Shown here one piece after another: positions 63,743 through 64,000 of a stretch of DNA of 64,000 bases. The notes below the pieces were generated by a model. It saw nothing but the letters and a program-made list of their open reading frames with translations. It made no database searches and was not told where the DNA came from. A program made the position numbers and the translations under genes. How positions within the stretch are numbered: the stretch's first letter is position 1; the number at the start of each line of letters is the position of its first letter. The DNA comes from an uncultured Chloroflexia bacterium (GTDB lineage: Bacteria; Chloroflexota; Chloroflexia; Thermomicrobiales; UBA6265), in contig CAVQGN010000003.1 of NCBI GenBank assembly GCA_963712055.1, forward strand, positions 226,758-290,757. Direction: 5' to 3'.

Positions 63743-64000
63743 GCCTCTGTCAGGAGCAAGCGCGAGATCGTATCGACATAAACCCTCGCCTGCGTGACGA
63801 GATCGTCGATGAACACGGCTTCGTTGGCGCCGTGGGCGTTTTCACCACCCGGTCCGTACCCGACCGTGTCGATACCTGCCTGCCGATAAAAACGGCCATC
63901 AGTGGCCCCAGCCCAGGCAACGAAATACTCCGGATCGGCGCCGGTGATGTCCTTCACGGACGCTTGCAACGCCGCAACGATCGGTGACGATGCTTCGGTG
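63739..64000 (-). CDS. M20-family peptidase (ArgE/DapE-like), C-terminal part (5' end outside window)
   Basis: The frame stays open to the window edge. GATDGRFY...GPGGENAHGANEAVFIDDL is typical of the M20 C-terminal catalytic region. Confidence 0.7.
   Translation of the reverse strand, partial: TEASSPIVAALQASVKDITGADPEYFVAWAGATDGRFYRQAGIDTVGYGPGGENAHGANEAVFIDDLVTQARVYVDTISRLLLTEA

Overview
GC-rich (judged by eye, not computed), gene-dense bacterial chromosomal segment. It shows strong GGAGG-type ribosome-binding sites, frequent GTG/TTG starts and many 1-4 nt start/stop overlaps. The gene content has a Chloroflexota/Thermomicrobia- or Actinobacteria-like feel (PimA-like GT4 plus CDP-alcohol phosphatidyltransferase, form-II CoxL-like molybdoenzyme, LLM oxidoreductase, peptide ABC transporters), but taxonomy cannot be established from this window. 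I can support about 60 protein genes, mostly housekeeping or metabolic. These include two HtrA-like proteases, argH, one complete and one partial Dpp/Opp-type ABC system, a CsoR/CstR-controlled sulfur-detoxification operon and proline dehydrogenase. Also present are ribosomal protein L25, purN, a 7Fe ferredoxin, threonine synthase and dehydratase, pyrF, an L,D-transpeptidase, parA and guaB. The right-hand end carries a Ski2-like helicase, thiL and a hydroxypyruvate/tartronate-semialdehyde cluster. I recognised no rRNA, tRNA, CRISPR array, transposase, integrase or prophage genes. The standout is a tightly packed four-gene operon at 29783-37088: NurA-like nuclease, HerA-like ATPase, Mre11/SbcD-like nuclease and Rad50/SbcC-like ATPase. 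This is the full archaeal-type DNA-end-resection gene set in a bacterial context, and its HerA-like member has no canonical GK[ST] P-loop. Secondary observations are listed below.
- A sigma70-like promoter has a CsoR-type operator in its spacer, upstream of the sulfur operon.
- A structured leader with a 16-18 codon sORF and a terminator hairpin lies upstream of the LLM oxidoreductase.
- Two genes (LLM oxidoreductase and threonine synthase) have family-typical C-termini that are only readable after a +1 frame change.
- Two small membrane ORFs fall below the ORF-track length cut-off.
All functional calls rest on motif recognition by eye. No database search was run.
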